Below are positions 1-11,829 of a stretch of DNA of 47,196 nt, one piece after another. Source of the DNA: Elsinoe ampelina (Eukaryota); NCBI GenBank assembly GCA_010093995.1, contig ML992509.1:289588-336783 (forward strand), in the 5' to 3' direction. A program made the position numbers and the translations under genes. The notes below the pieces were generated by a model. The model searched no databases. It had not been told where the DNA came from and worked only from the letters and a program-made list of their open reading frames with translations. Numbering within the stretch: the stretch's first letter is position 1; every line of letters begins with the position of its first letter.

Positions 1-550
1 CCCCGTTCACCAGCGCTCTACGCAGTGACTCCTCCGATAGCTGCCCTGATCTGTCTCGATCCACGGAGAGGAAGAGTGGCCATAGAGCATCTCGTTCGGC
101 TTGAGATCGTGAAGGAGGCGCGACAGTTGGCGGTCGTTGTGATTGGGGTATTGTTGGTCGAGATATGCTGCTGGCTGCGGGTCGCGGACCCGATCCATAT
201 GTGGATGGCGGTGGAGGAGAGGTTATGCTTGCTCGGTTCGGACCTGGCGGGGGAGGGTTTGAGTAACGAGGATCTGATCCATAGGTCGTGGAAGAGGGGC
301 GATTGTAGCGATCATCTGGTCTTGGAGCGGGAGAGGAGGCCGCATAGGTCGTTGAGGGCGGTCTTTGGCCCGATGATTGTCTTCCGTGTATCATCGATGC
401 GGCTTGCTCGGGTTCCGCATGTCTGGGAAGTACGTCAGCTGCGCCCATGGTAAAGGTTTTGGGAGGAGGTTGTTGGAGGGAGAGTTGGAAAGGGATGGCT
501 TACGCTGGAAGTGCGTCTGGATTACCTGTATACCCACGATTATACGCCAT
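1..550 (-). CDS. PEF1: Penta-EF-hand (peflin/ALG-2-like) Ca2+-binding protein, 5' part; runs off the window start
   Basis: Manual splice: exon 550-504 MAYNRGYTGNPDALPA, intron 503-423 (GTAAGC..GCTGAC..CAG), exon 422-1 HAEPEQ, then a Pro/Ser-rich region, then ERDALWPLFLSVDRDRSGQLSEESLRRALVNG (first EF-hand). Not in the ORF track in this frame. Confidence 0.85.
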
Positions 551-918
551 GTCGGAGGAAGGAGGGAGGAGGGCGCTTGAGGATCTGTTTGAAATGCTCG
601 TAGTGGGGCCTAAGAATAGAGCTTAATCCCACGGAGCGCGTAAGCAGTGGTTGAGAGATGCGCGGAAGCGCAGGACTGGTTTGGCGATGCTAGCGATCGT
701 GTTTGAAGGTGTACCGGGTGTCGCTAAAGGGACAGAGGCAGTGAGCGAGTGTTACACAAAAACCTGAAAAGTGGTGATATATTGAATGAGTTTGGGCTTC
801 AACTTCAAGACGTCCCATGAACAACAACTTCAGGCGCCTTGGCCTTGGCGAAGCCATTGCCTTATGCTACAAACGGACACTTTGGACTAGGTATCGAAAT
901 GCCCATTACCTTGAAACT

Positions 919-1542
919 TCATTCCATGACTTTACTCATGGTCCCCTTCTCATGCTTCAGACTCGCCTCATCACCCGTGCGAAACAAGTCCTTGATCCAT
1001 CCTCGTCCATCAGACCACCAAGTATGTCGATCTGCCCTGACGAGCTCAAGCGATTCGTTGTCGAGAGTGCCGGTGGCCACATCGATCAACGGGCCCATGC
1101 CTCTGAAAGTCTCTCCTCCTTCCTCAGAGAATGTGAGAGAGCTGCCACACCTCTTGCAGAACGTTCTGAAATTGCCTTTGGTGTGACAGTAAACTCCGAT
1201 CGTCGTCTTCTGGTCGACCACATTTGCGCCGAGTAAGATATCCCTGATTGCTTGCTGTCGCGTCGTGCCCTTTGCTTCCTGTGTGGTGAATGATACCCAA
1301 GCCTGCGGTGTACCCAGCCAGGATGCAACTAAACCACCTGAGCCTACGCGACAGCTGGTGCAGTGACACCAGCTGACCAAGGGCATGCGAGGATAATCAT
1401 CGTCGCTGCTACCACCACCGCCCTGCATCGCATCTTCTGCTTGTGGTCGGTCTTGAAGCTCGGGTACTTCGATCGTGTACCGCACCGCACCGCAGAGACA
1501 CCCGCCGTAGAGGGAGAGGGGAGATTCGGGAAGTCTCCCCAT
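919..1542 (-). CDS. GFA/CENP-V (Mss4-like) zinc-binding protein
   Basis: GGCLCGAVRY, WCHCTSCR and RTFCKRCGSSL motifs in a single-exon 207-aa ORF. Confidence 0.85.
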   Translation of the reverse strand: MGRLPESPLSLYGGCLCGAVRYTIEVPELQDRPQAEDAMQGGGGSSDDDYPRMPLVSWCHCTSCRVGSGGLVASWLGTPQAWVSFTTQEAKGTTRQQAIRDILLGANVVDQKTTIGVYCHTKGNFRTFCKRCGSSLTFSEEGGETFRGMGPLIDVATGTLDNESLELVRADRHTWWSDGRGWIKDLFRTGDEASLKHEKGTMSKVME

Positions 1543-2107
1543 GAAGACGATGCAATGTAATGCAGACTGGAAGAGATGCTTTGGATTGACCTACAGCTCC
1601 GTTGTCTCGCCGTCAAGGGGCATAGCTTGTGAGTTCACTCGGTAGGGCGTGGATGGTCAAACTGTGACCTCAGCGGCTGTCCTGGGGGGTACCTTAGTTC
1701 AAGAATACAAGACGGTGTGAGAGCATGGCTAGCTGGACCAGCCTTTGGCTGTCGTAAGAACCATGCAACAGAGCGTATTAAGCACAGAGCTCCATTCAGC
1801 TGCAGTTCAAGAAATGTGGAAGGAAACCAAGCAAGAATCTGCAGATTGCGGCGCGGCTTTCTCTCTCGTAATTCGGCCACGTGATCTCATATGAATGCTC
1901 ATGAGCATGCGACGATGTAAAACCATGATGAGTGCAGATCCATGAGAGAACATAGGTCTCTTCCCATATCTGCCTTGTCTCTGTCTCAATGTAGCCATGT
2001 TTTCGCCATTGTGCGTGGTCGACACGTCCCCAACCTTTCCCTTTCCCATATGCTTCTTTCGACCCAGAACGCCCGCTTGAACGCAGCAATAAGAACATGA
2101 GCTCCAA

Positions 2108-2734
2108 TCACCCTCTGCCATAACTGATCTTACTCCTCTTCGCCGGCTTTGACTCGTCGTCCTCGTCCTTATCTAGAGCCTTCTTCTTCTTGCTCCCTCC
2201 CTTTGAGGTCGTGCTTCCTGGTGTCGCATGGTCCAGCGCTCGCATGGACGGTGGCACCCCTGACGTTGGCGTCGGTGCATGTGAAGGCGTATTCGCATTG
2301 GACGTGTCCCCTGGCGACTCTTGTGACTAAGGCGCATTAGGTCAGATACCCACAGCCTGGATGATGTCCATTGGGCCAGCCGCGACAGGACTCACCCTGA
2401 TCCAAGTCATGCTACTGTTGGAGAATATCCTGTCCTCCTCCCTCACCCTGGCTCTTGCCTTGCGATCGTCTCCACGTCTGTCATTTCCCACCACGACACC
2501 CTTGACCCAGTTGTCGAAACCGCGAACAATGTTCCCTGCGCCGCTTGTATCTTCCAGATAATTAGTCTCTAGCTTGTAGATATGTTCCTCCAAACTAGCC
2601 AGCTGTTCGTCGAGTGCTCGTTTCTTTGCCAGTGTTCCGCGCAGGGTTGATCGCAGAGACTCGTAGTATGGACGTCCTGGTTGATCCGTAGTTGACCCAT
2701 TTGCGCCGCCTGATGGCGGCAGATTCTCCGTCAT
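2108..2734 (-). CDS. EAF6: NuA4/NuA3 histone acetyltransferase subunit Eaf6
   Basis: Exon 2734-2396 (LEEHIYKLETNYLEDTSGAGNIVRGFDNW..EEDRIFSNSS), intron 2395-2327, exon 2326-2108 ending KPAKRSKISYGRG*. Confidence 0.9.
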
Positions 2735-3005
2735 TCCGAGACGTAGTGAATGACTCCAGTGAGAGACTCAAGCATACACCGACTTTGTCCTCACGACATT
2801 GTGTTCCAAGTAAGAGGAAGGAAGACGATGATTGATTCGCGGTGATCATTGAAGCGTGCGGAACTACTCCGCAAGTTTCACGATCACGTGATTCTGTTCG
2901 TAGTGACTACTACTATTATGCTCTTATTCCTCTCGTCAGATGCATCCTGTAAGCCTTGGGTATCTAATCATTGAAACGTCGTGGAGCATGCGTTTGGGGC
3001 AATCG

Positions 3006-4674
3006 TCACTCAAGACTCTTCCTTCTCGCGGCGAAACTTCTCATCAGCTTCGCCTTCAACAGCTTTTCTCGCAGCTCCGGGGCTGACAATTTTCTTGCAG
3101 AATGGATAGGCTCATGGTCCGAATTGGGCTTTTCGATCGTTAGTGTCACAGCATTAGAAACCTCTCCACTGATCATGAGGTTTCGATTGTAATAGCTACC
3201 CTAATATGAATACTGGGTATACAAGTGTTGTTCTGGTGGCTCATGGTCATTGACCCACCTCGATTGTCTTGTTACCGGCAGAACCATCTTCAGCTTTGCC
3301 CATATCTGCACTTTTCTTGGTCGATCGTGATGGCGGACTTCTACGTGGCGGCGAAGCTCTTCTGTATCGGTCATTGGCCGACGAGGAGCGTCTTCTGCGG
3401 TCGCGACGAGATGGTGGAGATCGGGTTCGGCGACGAGGAGGGCTTCGTGAACGGGACTTGCTTCGGCTGAGGCTTCGATCGCGTCGGTCATGGATATCTT
3501 TGCGACCATTAGCAGTCTTACTCGCACGTCCAGGAGATGCGGAAGGGCTTCGTCGTCTGGGTCTTCTGTCCCTCTCCCTGCTGTCACGGCGCCGCCTCGG
3601 CGGCGATCGAGATGGCGAACTGAATCTGCGCCTGTCCCTGCCATTGTGACGAGCTCGCTTCGGTGATCTGCTACCTTCCGCGCTAGGGCTCCGACGCCGT
3701 GGACGCGATGTTGGGCGGCGGCGAGGAGATGGAGAACGACGCCTTCGTGGTGATTGTGAGTGCCTTCTCTTGTCGCCGGCACGAGAACCTTTCCCTACCG
3801 GCGATGGGGTGCGATCTACAGAAGCTGATCGTGACCTAGAGCGGCCGCGACGGTGACTGGGTCTTGGTGAGCGATTACGCGTGTACCTTGACGAAGACGA
3901 AGGTACGTAAGAATCCATGTCTCGCGGAGGCGGTCTCCTGTCGTAGTCGAAGTCTGGGCGCGGTCGTCGTGGTGGCGAGCGAGAGAAGTCGCGACGAGGT
4001 GGACCTCTCCTGTCAAAGTCGCGGCCTCCGCGAGGGAAGCGACGGTCATCGCGATCTCTCCTATCGCGGAATCGCATGTCGTCAAGCTCGCGGTCACGTG
4101 CGTCGTCTTGTTCTCGGCGGCGTCGAGCCTGTTCTGCTGCCTGTTCCTGTGCTTCCTGCAATCGATCAGCACAAGTACCGCCTATTGGATGATTGATCAT
4201 ACCCTCTCCTGCCTCAATTCTGCTTTCTTCGCCTCGAGCAGCTGCTGTGGGACTCCTGTCTCGCTGTCTTGGGCTGACAAGCAAAGGTTCCATAGTTGTT
4301 GACAAAAAGATTTTGCATCATCTCCCAGAAAGCCAGTAAGCTGTAGCTGTAGGACCTTGATGTTTGGCTAAAACTATCAGTAACGCTGCAGAGTATATGT
4401 CGACCGCTGCAGACTCACGTGCTTGTCGCCTTCCAGCAGATCGAAGAGCATTCCTATCACAACATCGTCCTCGAAACCCAGAAGCTTCGATACCTCTGCT
4501 GCTGCCCAGCTATATTCGTCAGCTCGATTCCACAGTAATGAAGGAGAGGTTGTGTGTATACTTTTTGATGACCGGGACATTGATCTTGGCCGTGTCGACT
4601 TTCCGACTGAACTCCGCAGGGAATTTTGTGTCTCTCAGAAGTTTCTGATCAACACTTGTGATTATTGGAGGCAT
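3006..4674 (-). CDS. PWI-domain Arg/Ser-rich splicing factor (SRm160/SRRM1-like), multi-exon
   Basis: ATG 4674 MPPIITSVDQKLLRDTKFPAEFSRKVD..; later exons WAAAEVSKLLGFEDDVVIGMLFDLLE and QLTGFLG..LWNLCLSAQ form the PWI domain; long RS/RSP-rich exon. Last exon (..LREKLLKAKLMRSFAARRKSLE*) inferred after a GTGGGT donor near 3258, so the 3' end is less certain. Confidence 0.85.
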
Positions 4675-5112
4675 CTCTCATCACCCTTGGATTTTCCAAA
4701 GGTGTCAATGAAAAGAAGTGAACGAGTGGAATGGATGAGATTGAAAAGTGAAGTGTGATCGTGAATGCTTGAAGTCATCTCACTTCCGAGCTTCAGCATC
4801 TGAAATGCCAAGGCTCCGCCCAATCAACCACTTCTCTGAACGAGGAAGGGGCGAATAATACATGAACCAATCCTTTGGGTTAATCTTTGACCATTCCCCT
4901 CACATTCTATTCACGCGCAAGGACTATCACATTCCCATTGTTTGATTGGCATCATTTATTCCGCTAGCCAGAGATCCTTTCGTGGGTGGAATCGCTGCGA
5001 GCCCCACGAGGGTCCTCTCTCCTGATCCTGAACACGACTGATCCATCTTCACGAACTAAGTATCCATCACAACCTTTCAAAAAACCTTCGCAAGCTCTCT
5101 CACCGCACGACC

Positions 5113-6629
5113 ATGTCCGATCCAACCGTCAAAGAAGGTACAAAGCCATTCTCACTGCAGCTAGAACATTGCTGATGAACGAATCAGAGCCGAAGCCATC
5201 TCCTCCCAAGCCCGCAGAGGAACCCAAGCCGAATCCGCCCTCTCCCATGCCAAAGGTCATGACGGTCGAGGCACCTCCAGCACCACCTTCACCTCCAGCA
5301 GACAAGAAACCCGATCCAGAGCCAGCCAAGCCAGCTGAGGTCGTGGTCGTGGAAAAGCCCAACCCAAAACCCGCGGTTCCAGAGCCAGCAAAGCCTGTCG
5401 AGGTCGCGCCTGCCAAACCAGATCCGCCTGAGCCAACGAAGCCCAGTCCAACCAAAGAGGAGCCAAAAGTGGTCCCGGTGGTCGCGCCCGAGCCTGCTAA
5501 GCCAGCCCCAGCAAAGGAGGAGCCCAAGATCGTTCCGGTGGTCATTCCAGAACCCACGAAGCCAGTCCCAGCGAAGGAAGAGCCAAAAATTGTCCCGATT
5601 GTCATGCCGGAGCCTGCGAAACCAGACCCGCCTAAAGCAGTTGACACCGTCAAGCCTGAGCCGGCCAAATCGACTGAAAGCACTAAACCGATGGAAGTCA
5701 AGCCTGTCGAAGACAAGCCTGCCCCTCCTCCGCCTGCTCCAGTCGCAGCTTCTGCGCCTAACCAGGTTCCTGTCCCGCCTCCGGCCCCAGACGCTTCCAA
5801 GCCAAAGGAGACCTCCAATGTCCCGAACGCCCTTACAGCACTGGCAGCTCTCGAAGCACTCAAGGTGGAGAAGGCCAAGGAGAAGGAGAAGGACCCTCCA
5901 GCAGAGCCTCCCAAGATTGCCGAAGTCAAAAAGACACCCACTCTGCCGAAAACGACCTCGATTCTACGTCAACCAACAGACAAGCCTGCAGTGAAGAAGG
6001 TCGAAGAGCCAATTGTGACTGTCCCCCCGCCTCCAAAACCTGTCGAGAAGAAGGCCGAAGAGCCCGTGGTTGCCGTTCCTCCGCCAACTCCAGAGGTCAA
6101 GCCGATCATCGTAGAGGCCAAGTCGCTGCCTGCTGGACCACCCGCTGTCATCATTGTCGACAAGCAGGTGAAGAAGGATACAGTCGTGGCGGTCCCATCC
6201 GCAGCTACAACTTCCATCCCAGCTGTGCCCAAACAGGAGGCTGTCGTTGCGCCAGTCATCATCACGGAGGAGAAGCCCATTGTAGCACCAACCCCCGTCC
6301 TGCTTGTGGAGAAGCCGATCATCATCCCGGAGAATAAGACCGCAACAATCATTACAACCACGTCGCCAGCAATCGTCACCACCACAGCCATGACCAAGAC
6401 CGTTGACACGACTACTGCTTCGACAACGACTGCTACCACGAAGGCTGAAACGAAGGTCGTGCCCGTTACAAGCAGTCTTTTCGAGGAGGTAGAGCCAGCT
6501 CCGAAGAAGTCGCTTCTCGATCGATTCCTCGCCAGATGGGGTTTTGGTGGACATGTCGATCCAGCAGTCAAACTAGCAATGGACAAAGACAAGGCGAAGC
6601 TTGAAGATGCCGGAGAAAAGCGACCGTAG
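5113..6629 (+). CDS. Pro/Lys/Glu/Val-rich low-complexity protein with internal 20-aa repeats; function unknown
   Basis: Likely ATG 5113 (MSDPTVKE) spliced by a short GT..CAG intron (~5138-5187) into ORF 4986-6629; repeats of the type EPAKPAPAKEEPKIVPVVIP; biased codon use with long antisense shadow ORFs. Confidence 0.7.
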
Positions 6630-6913
6630 TACAGTTTCAGAGGATGGTTGTTCCGGGGATCGAGGACACGACTGACTGCAGCGAGAATGTGACTTGCTCG
6701 AGGTGTTGTTCTTCCACACAAGTCTACGGCACACTTGCACGCAGACTGAGGAGAGGCATTGGGGGATGGCGTTGACGCTGCTTCGGACAGATTCCCTGAG
6801 CCACTTTTCTTCACGATCCCTCTCGACCTAATCACGAGACCTGCTCTCTTCTTTTCATAGCTCGTTGCTCATTCACATCATATGCTTCATTTCTCCATCT
6901 TGAGTGCTCTCCG

Positions 6914-7232
6914 TCACAGTGACTCCAGCACCTCCCTCACATCATCTCTGGCTTTCAACAACTCGTCATCCACCCCGCTACTATGTCTCATCTTGACTAT
7001 CCCATGCAATTCAATCAAGTCGTGAGCTCTCTTCAGATCCTCATCTTTCTCATTCGGTTTCGAAGCATTCATCGAATCTTTGTCATCGGATCGTGACGGT
7101 CGAGCAGAGACGAGAGCAAGTGCGGCTTGAGGATCCTGGTTGCGGTCAGATATGGCTCAACTGATACGAGATTGCAAGACCTACGCAGGCACGCAGAGAC
7201 GTCAAGTCCGACAGCAGCTCTGCTGCACGCAT
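6914..7232 (-). CDS. Small two-exon hypothetical protein (~89 aa), helical
   Basis: Exon 7232-7185 MRAAELLSDLTSLRAC, intron 7184-7136 (GTAGGT..CTGAC..CAG), exon 7135-6914 DPQAALALVS..DEDLKRAHDLIELHGIVKMRHSSGVDDELLKARDDVREVLESL*. Confidence 0.7.
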
Positions 7233-7611
7233 ACTGGCAGCTTTTCAGCGTTACAAACAGCCTCGCCGTCGCCGTCTTTGAGCTTGACACCCGTCTGTGA
7301 ACTGGGGTGGAGTTGGAGATGCTCGCCAAGGACAGGTTCGGATTACCAAAAAGGGTAATTCACATCGAGCTCAGGGGGATGGTAAAGAGACATGAATGAT
7401 CGTGACTATATACAATACTTTTCGAAAACAGGAACGTATCTCATGACTCACTGAGTCTTGCTGAAGCTCAATCAGCGCCCTCGTCCATCAAATCCCATCT
7501 CTCGCCTTCCCACGTCCTGGCCTTCGCCCATCTCTCTATGACCCCTGCCCCCCTCCCTGTCCCTCCCCCCTCACTATCCCTGGCTCTCTACCTCTTGCCC
7601 CTCCCATTCCC

Positions 7612-8805
7612 CTACAGCCCCCTCAAAAACCCCAACACCTCCTCCACCACCCTGGACGTCTGCTCCTGCTGCACCCAATGCCCCGCCCCCTGCACCATCT
7701 TCACCCCTCTGAAATCCGTACAATTCTCCGCGTACTTCTCCAACGAATCCGGCTGCTGATAATTCCCCCAATCCTTCTCCCCACTAATAAAACAACACGG
7801 CACCTCGATCTTCCTCCCCGCGAAGAGCAGCATGTCCGCTTTCTGGAACGCCGTCTGCGACGTCTGCGCTCTGTACCAGTTCAGTCCGCCCTGGAAGCCG
7901 GTGCGGGTCCATTCTTGGACATACACAGCGAGGTCGGCGTCTGGGAGCCAGGAGGTGGTGAGGGTTGCGTCTTCTGGGGCCATGAGGGAGGCGATGGCTT
8001 CGGGCATGGTGGAGTGGAGGGGGAGGATGTAGTAGTGTGGCATTTTGGCGAGTTCAGGGGCGGTGAAGGAGGTGAGTGGATGGGGGGTGTTGGGGGTCCA
8101 GGCGGCGGATTTGACGTGGAAGTAGCCGCGGAGGAAGGCGTGGAGGCCTTGGGGAGGGTGGGACCAGTCGTGGGAGGCTGGGGAGGTGGAGTTGTACCAT
8201 TTGTAGTGTTTGCGGGGTGGGGTGAGGGAGGCGAGGTCTTCTTGGAGGGTGCTGGTGGTTGGAGCGGAGGTGGATGATGAGGAAGGGGATGGGCTGGTAC
8301 CGATGTTGAAGGGTGGAGTTGGAGGGGCATGGTGTGGGTGAGACATCTGGATGCAGGAGGTGAACATGTCCGGGCGGATAAGAGGAGCGATTGCTGAGGA
8401 GACGCCGCCGAAGTCGTGGCCGATGATGCAGTGGACTTTCTCGTAGCCTAGTGCGTAAACAAGACAGACAATATCGCGAATGAGATTAGTGATGGTAAAT
8501 TGACGGAGGTCGACCTCGTCGTATGATCTGGTGTCCCAGCCAGTTGTACGTCCGTATCCTCTCTGATCAGGAGCTACTACATAGTAGCCTTGCGCGGCAA
8601 GTTTTGGTATGATGTTCCGCCACGAGAAGGCCAGCTCAGGATAGCCATGCATGAGAAGGATGAGAGGTTTCTTAACACCTTCATTCGAGCCGCCAGATAG
8701 GATATGGAAATTCAGACCGCAGGAGGTTGTACAATCGACATAGGAAGACTTCACACCGTCAGGAAGTGGCAAAGGTGGAAGGTCTGATGAAGTTGGAGAC
8801 ATCAT
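7612..8805 (-). CDS. Alpha/beta hydrolase, epoxide hydrolase-like
   Basis: HGYPELAFSWR, APDQRGYGRT, nucleophile elbow GHDFGG, GGLNWYR, GAGHWVQQE; ATG at 8805 or 8802. Confidence 0.92.
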   Translation of the reverse strand: MMSPTSSDLPPLPLPDGVKSSYVDCTTSCGLNFHILSGGSNEGVKKPLILLMHGYPELAFSWRNIIPKLAAQGYYVVAPDQRGYGRTTGWDTRSYDEVDLRQFTITNLIRDIVCLVYALGYEKVHCIIGHDFGGVSSAIAPLIRPDMFTSCIQMSHPHHAPPTPPFNIGTSPSPSSSSTSAPTTSTLQEDLASLTPPRKHYKWYNSTSPASHDWSHPPQGLHAFLRGYFHVKSAAWTPNTPHPLTSFTAPELAKMPHYYILPLHSTMPEAIASLMAPEDATLTTSWLPDADLAVYVQEWTRTGFQGGLNWYRAQTSQTAFQKADMLLFAGRKIEVPCCFISGEKDWGNYQQPDSLEKYAENCTDFRGVKMVQGAGHWVQQEQTSRVVEEVLGFLRGL

Positions 8806-9574
8806 CAATTATCGACTTTGAGATTGAAGTTGTCCAGTACGATGCGCTGCACCATTCGTATGGCTACAGTCGCCGTCCACTGCTTATGGTCAACATCATA
8901 CCAGGACATGAACGCCGAACATACCTCCAAAGTTGCGAACACCGACCTACCTGTACAGAAACCGGATCCGAGTTAGATCTAAGTATTATGATTTCTTTCT
9001 CGTTCTGAAGTAGTGCCCACCAGACGTAAACATCAATGTGTAGTACCGTAATTTGAAGTAGAAGAGATGTTGACTTTGATGGCTTTGGTGAATGTGGAAG
9101 ATCAGCATTGAGATGGTGCTGCGGGGTATTCTTTGTGGCGATTCCTTGGTCCGGCTACAGGGACATCAGTTCTTAGGGAACTCAGCTGAACATGACGAGT
9201 CAAGAATTATGGTCCCATTATCGTGCTTATATACAGGATGGCTCATCGGCAGAGTGCGTAGCGACAAGAGAAGCGACCTATCTCGCAAAACAGTAAACAG
9301 CAAATCAAGACCCGGCATCACTGCGAAGCATCGGGTGCATGACTTGGACCCGGTATGTACTCGTGATCGATGGGCATGCAGCACTCTATGTGGCGTCTTG
9401 CTGGTCGTCTCCTTCAAGGATCGTGGTGATCAATGGCGTTGAGCTCTTCTCTGTTCCCGTTCTATGCTCTACAGTCCATCTCGTGTCCGAAGAGCCAGAC
9501 TCTATACGCCCACGCTTCCAATACTAGAAGCGAGCGAAAAACAAGGCCGCCACCTGAGGCGATGGGAAGCATGA

Positions 9575-10571
9575 TTAAGGCCGCTTTAATATCGAAGTGC
9601 GGGCACTCAGCTCAGCGGGAATTTCGGTCCCATCAATTTGGGAGTGCATTCGACTGTCAAGCTCGTACGTGTAGACAGTACCAGGTAGCGTGCTGCTGAC
9701 CTGCGATCCCATGGCGGTGTGTGAATAACCGTCGCTCATGGGATGGCCGTCCTTAAGGTAGTGCGCATAGGCTGGTGGGTTCGTCTTCCGCCCTAATCGC
9801 CAGAATGAATAGCAAAGCGCAGCTATGAGCAGTATACCGAGCGGAATCCCTACTGCTATACCAATCGTGACTGGCGATGGTCCTGATTTGGGCTCGGGTG
9901 TGGCAGAGGCGGAGCCCGACAAGGCGGTTGCGGTGGCATCTATCTTCACTGTAGAACCTATCCCAGCTGTTGCGTCAAGTTCACCAAGACTTGCGCCTGT
10001 GGTCTCAGACCCTGCTCTTGCTGTCGATGTTGACGTGGAGTCTGTGATGCTGGTAGGGATCGTACTGGTGGTGACTGGTCGTGAGGTCAAGGTCGAAAGT
10101 CGGATGGAAGCTGTGTTGGCTATGACAGCGGGACCGAGTTTGTAATTGAATTGCTTCGTCTCGCAGCAGGTGAAATTCCAATCTTGTGCAAGACCAAACC
10201 CTTGGGCACAGCACCAGGTTTGGTCGTCGGCGCATTGGAACATCAAGTGCGCTTGATCATCGTAATCTGTCATTGCATCAATATCGTGCTCCATCCGACA
10301 TCCGTGGTCTGCTCCACTCACCTACACCGCGACAGTAATTCGGACACGCCGGATCCCTGAATGTCTTGTCGGTGCAGCCAACCCTCCATCGCCAGTTCCA
10401 ATCGTTGTTGCCGTTTGCTTTGCATAATCCATTGGTAAAGCAGAGGTCGTTGGGCGCGCAGCACGAGCTGTGTTTGCCCTGTGATACTGCGACCGGATCG
10501 CAGGGTATATATGTCTTATCTTGCGCGACCGAAGTGCTGTCGCCACTCATGAAGTAACACGGTGCGGACAT
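9575..10571 (-). CDS. Single-pass membrane protein: Cys-rich N-domain, Ser/Thr stalk, TM helix, cytosolic tail (cell-surface sensor-like)
   Basis: Exon 1 MSAPCYF..CCAPNDLCFTNGLC..VGCTDKTFRDPACPNYC, intron ~10321-10268 (GTGAGT..CAG), exon 2 QCADDQTWCC..S/T-rich..IGIAVGIPLGILLIAALCYSFWRL; a 5'UTR intron is predicted at ~10639-10583. Confidence 0.75.
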
Positions 10572-11829
10572 GTTTGCGGAACCTGTGATTGAATGTGTGC
10601 GACTAGAGGAGAGGAGGAAATAATAGGAAGAGGGATTACCTGTAATCGTGCAGCAGACTGGGGTCCAAGACTACTTGCACCTTGTCCAATCTCAGCAGAA
10701 TGAAGTGCGCGGTAGCTGAAACGGCCTATCCATGCAGCAGGGTAGCGCCCAACTGCGCCGCACGACCAGACATTGGAGCGACAATCTGTGAGGATTGAGA
10801 TTCGTCAGAGCCTGAAGATACGATGAATCTGTCACCTTGGACAACTCTGCAATATATAAACTTTCTTGCGAGAGCTCGTTGTGGATGGGGTCGTGATCGG
10901 CATGGTACAGAAGTAAGGTAGAGGCTGTGAATACAGAAAAAGTGCAGTCTGGATAGTGGTGGGCGCTGATTGGTCACAAAATCTGGGACGAGAAGCACTC
11001 AAGGAGATAGCGAAAGCCACAGGGGACTGAGCCTCCATGAGCTATGCCACCTCCTTGCCTCACAGCCTGCTGTGTTTGTTCCGAAGAATTGCGACCACTT
11101 GGTACACATAGGATGCGAGACTCGAGAGGAGGTGGAGCGAAGAAAGGAAGTGAGGGTTGCTTACGCTGGTAAATTCGCGACCGAGGACGTGAGCTGACAA
11201 GAGTTGAGGGGCCTCGACACAGCCGGCGTAGACAAAATGGATGGCAAGCTCGTTGTATACCAGCTCCATGAATCACAATTTGTTTAGGAGAGCCGTCGTT
11301 GGATATTTAGGGAGCAAAGTGGCCAGTTCAGGGAGCTGGTTGTATGCTGGTTGCATGCCGAACAGGCCGGAGACGACGTACTGTGATTGGTGCGCTAGCG
11401 CAGCGCTACTGCGGTCGACCGTCATCCCGCGTGGTGGGAGAGCAAATGGCGGCCAGTGCCCGCGGCCTCTCACGACTGATCCAAGCAAATCGGTGTGACG
11501 GAGTCTGTGGAGAGTCGCAAATGTCTTAGAATTACACCATGCAGAACTCACTACCTCATACACTTTTCTAACAAGTCTGTGCCCCTGTCGCGCCCTCCTC
11601 TCCGTCATACACGACTAGCTGTCGCTTTGTGTTCTGGATTCTCTCAGGAGCCATGTCGACTCTCCATTTGACGACATTCCAATCATGAGCTTTGCGGCGA
11701 ACCAATCAGTCGCGTCGCATACCTTGATCGCCGACAACCAAGTCGCGCAACTCCACCGACCTCGCATGGACTCTCTGCGTCGATAGCGACGTCTTCATTG
11801 ATCTCTCTGGACATTTCCAATACGCAATC

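Noticed and set aside
5129..6835. Long antisense ORFs (also 18556-19302, 27877-28710, 33617-34654)
   Set aside because: Shadow ORFs opposite codon-biased real genes, with no recognisable motifs.
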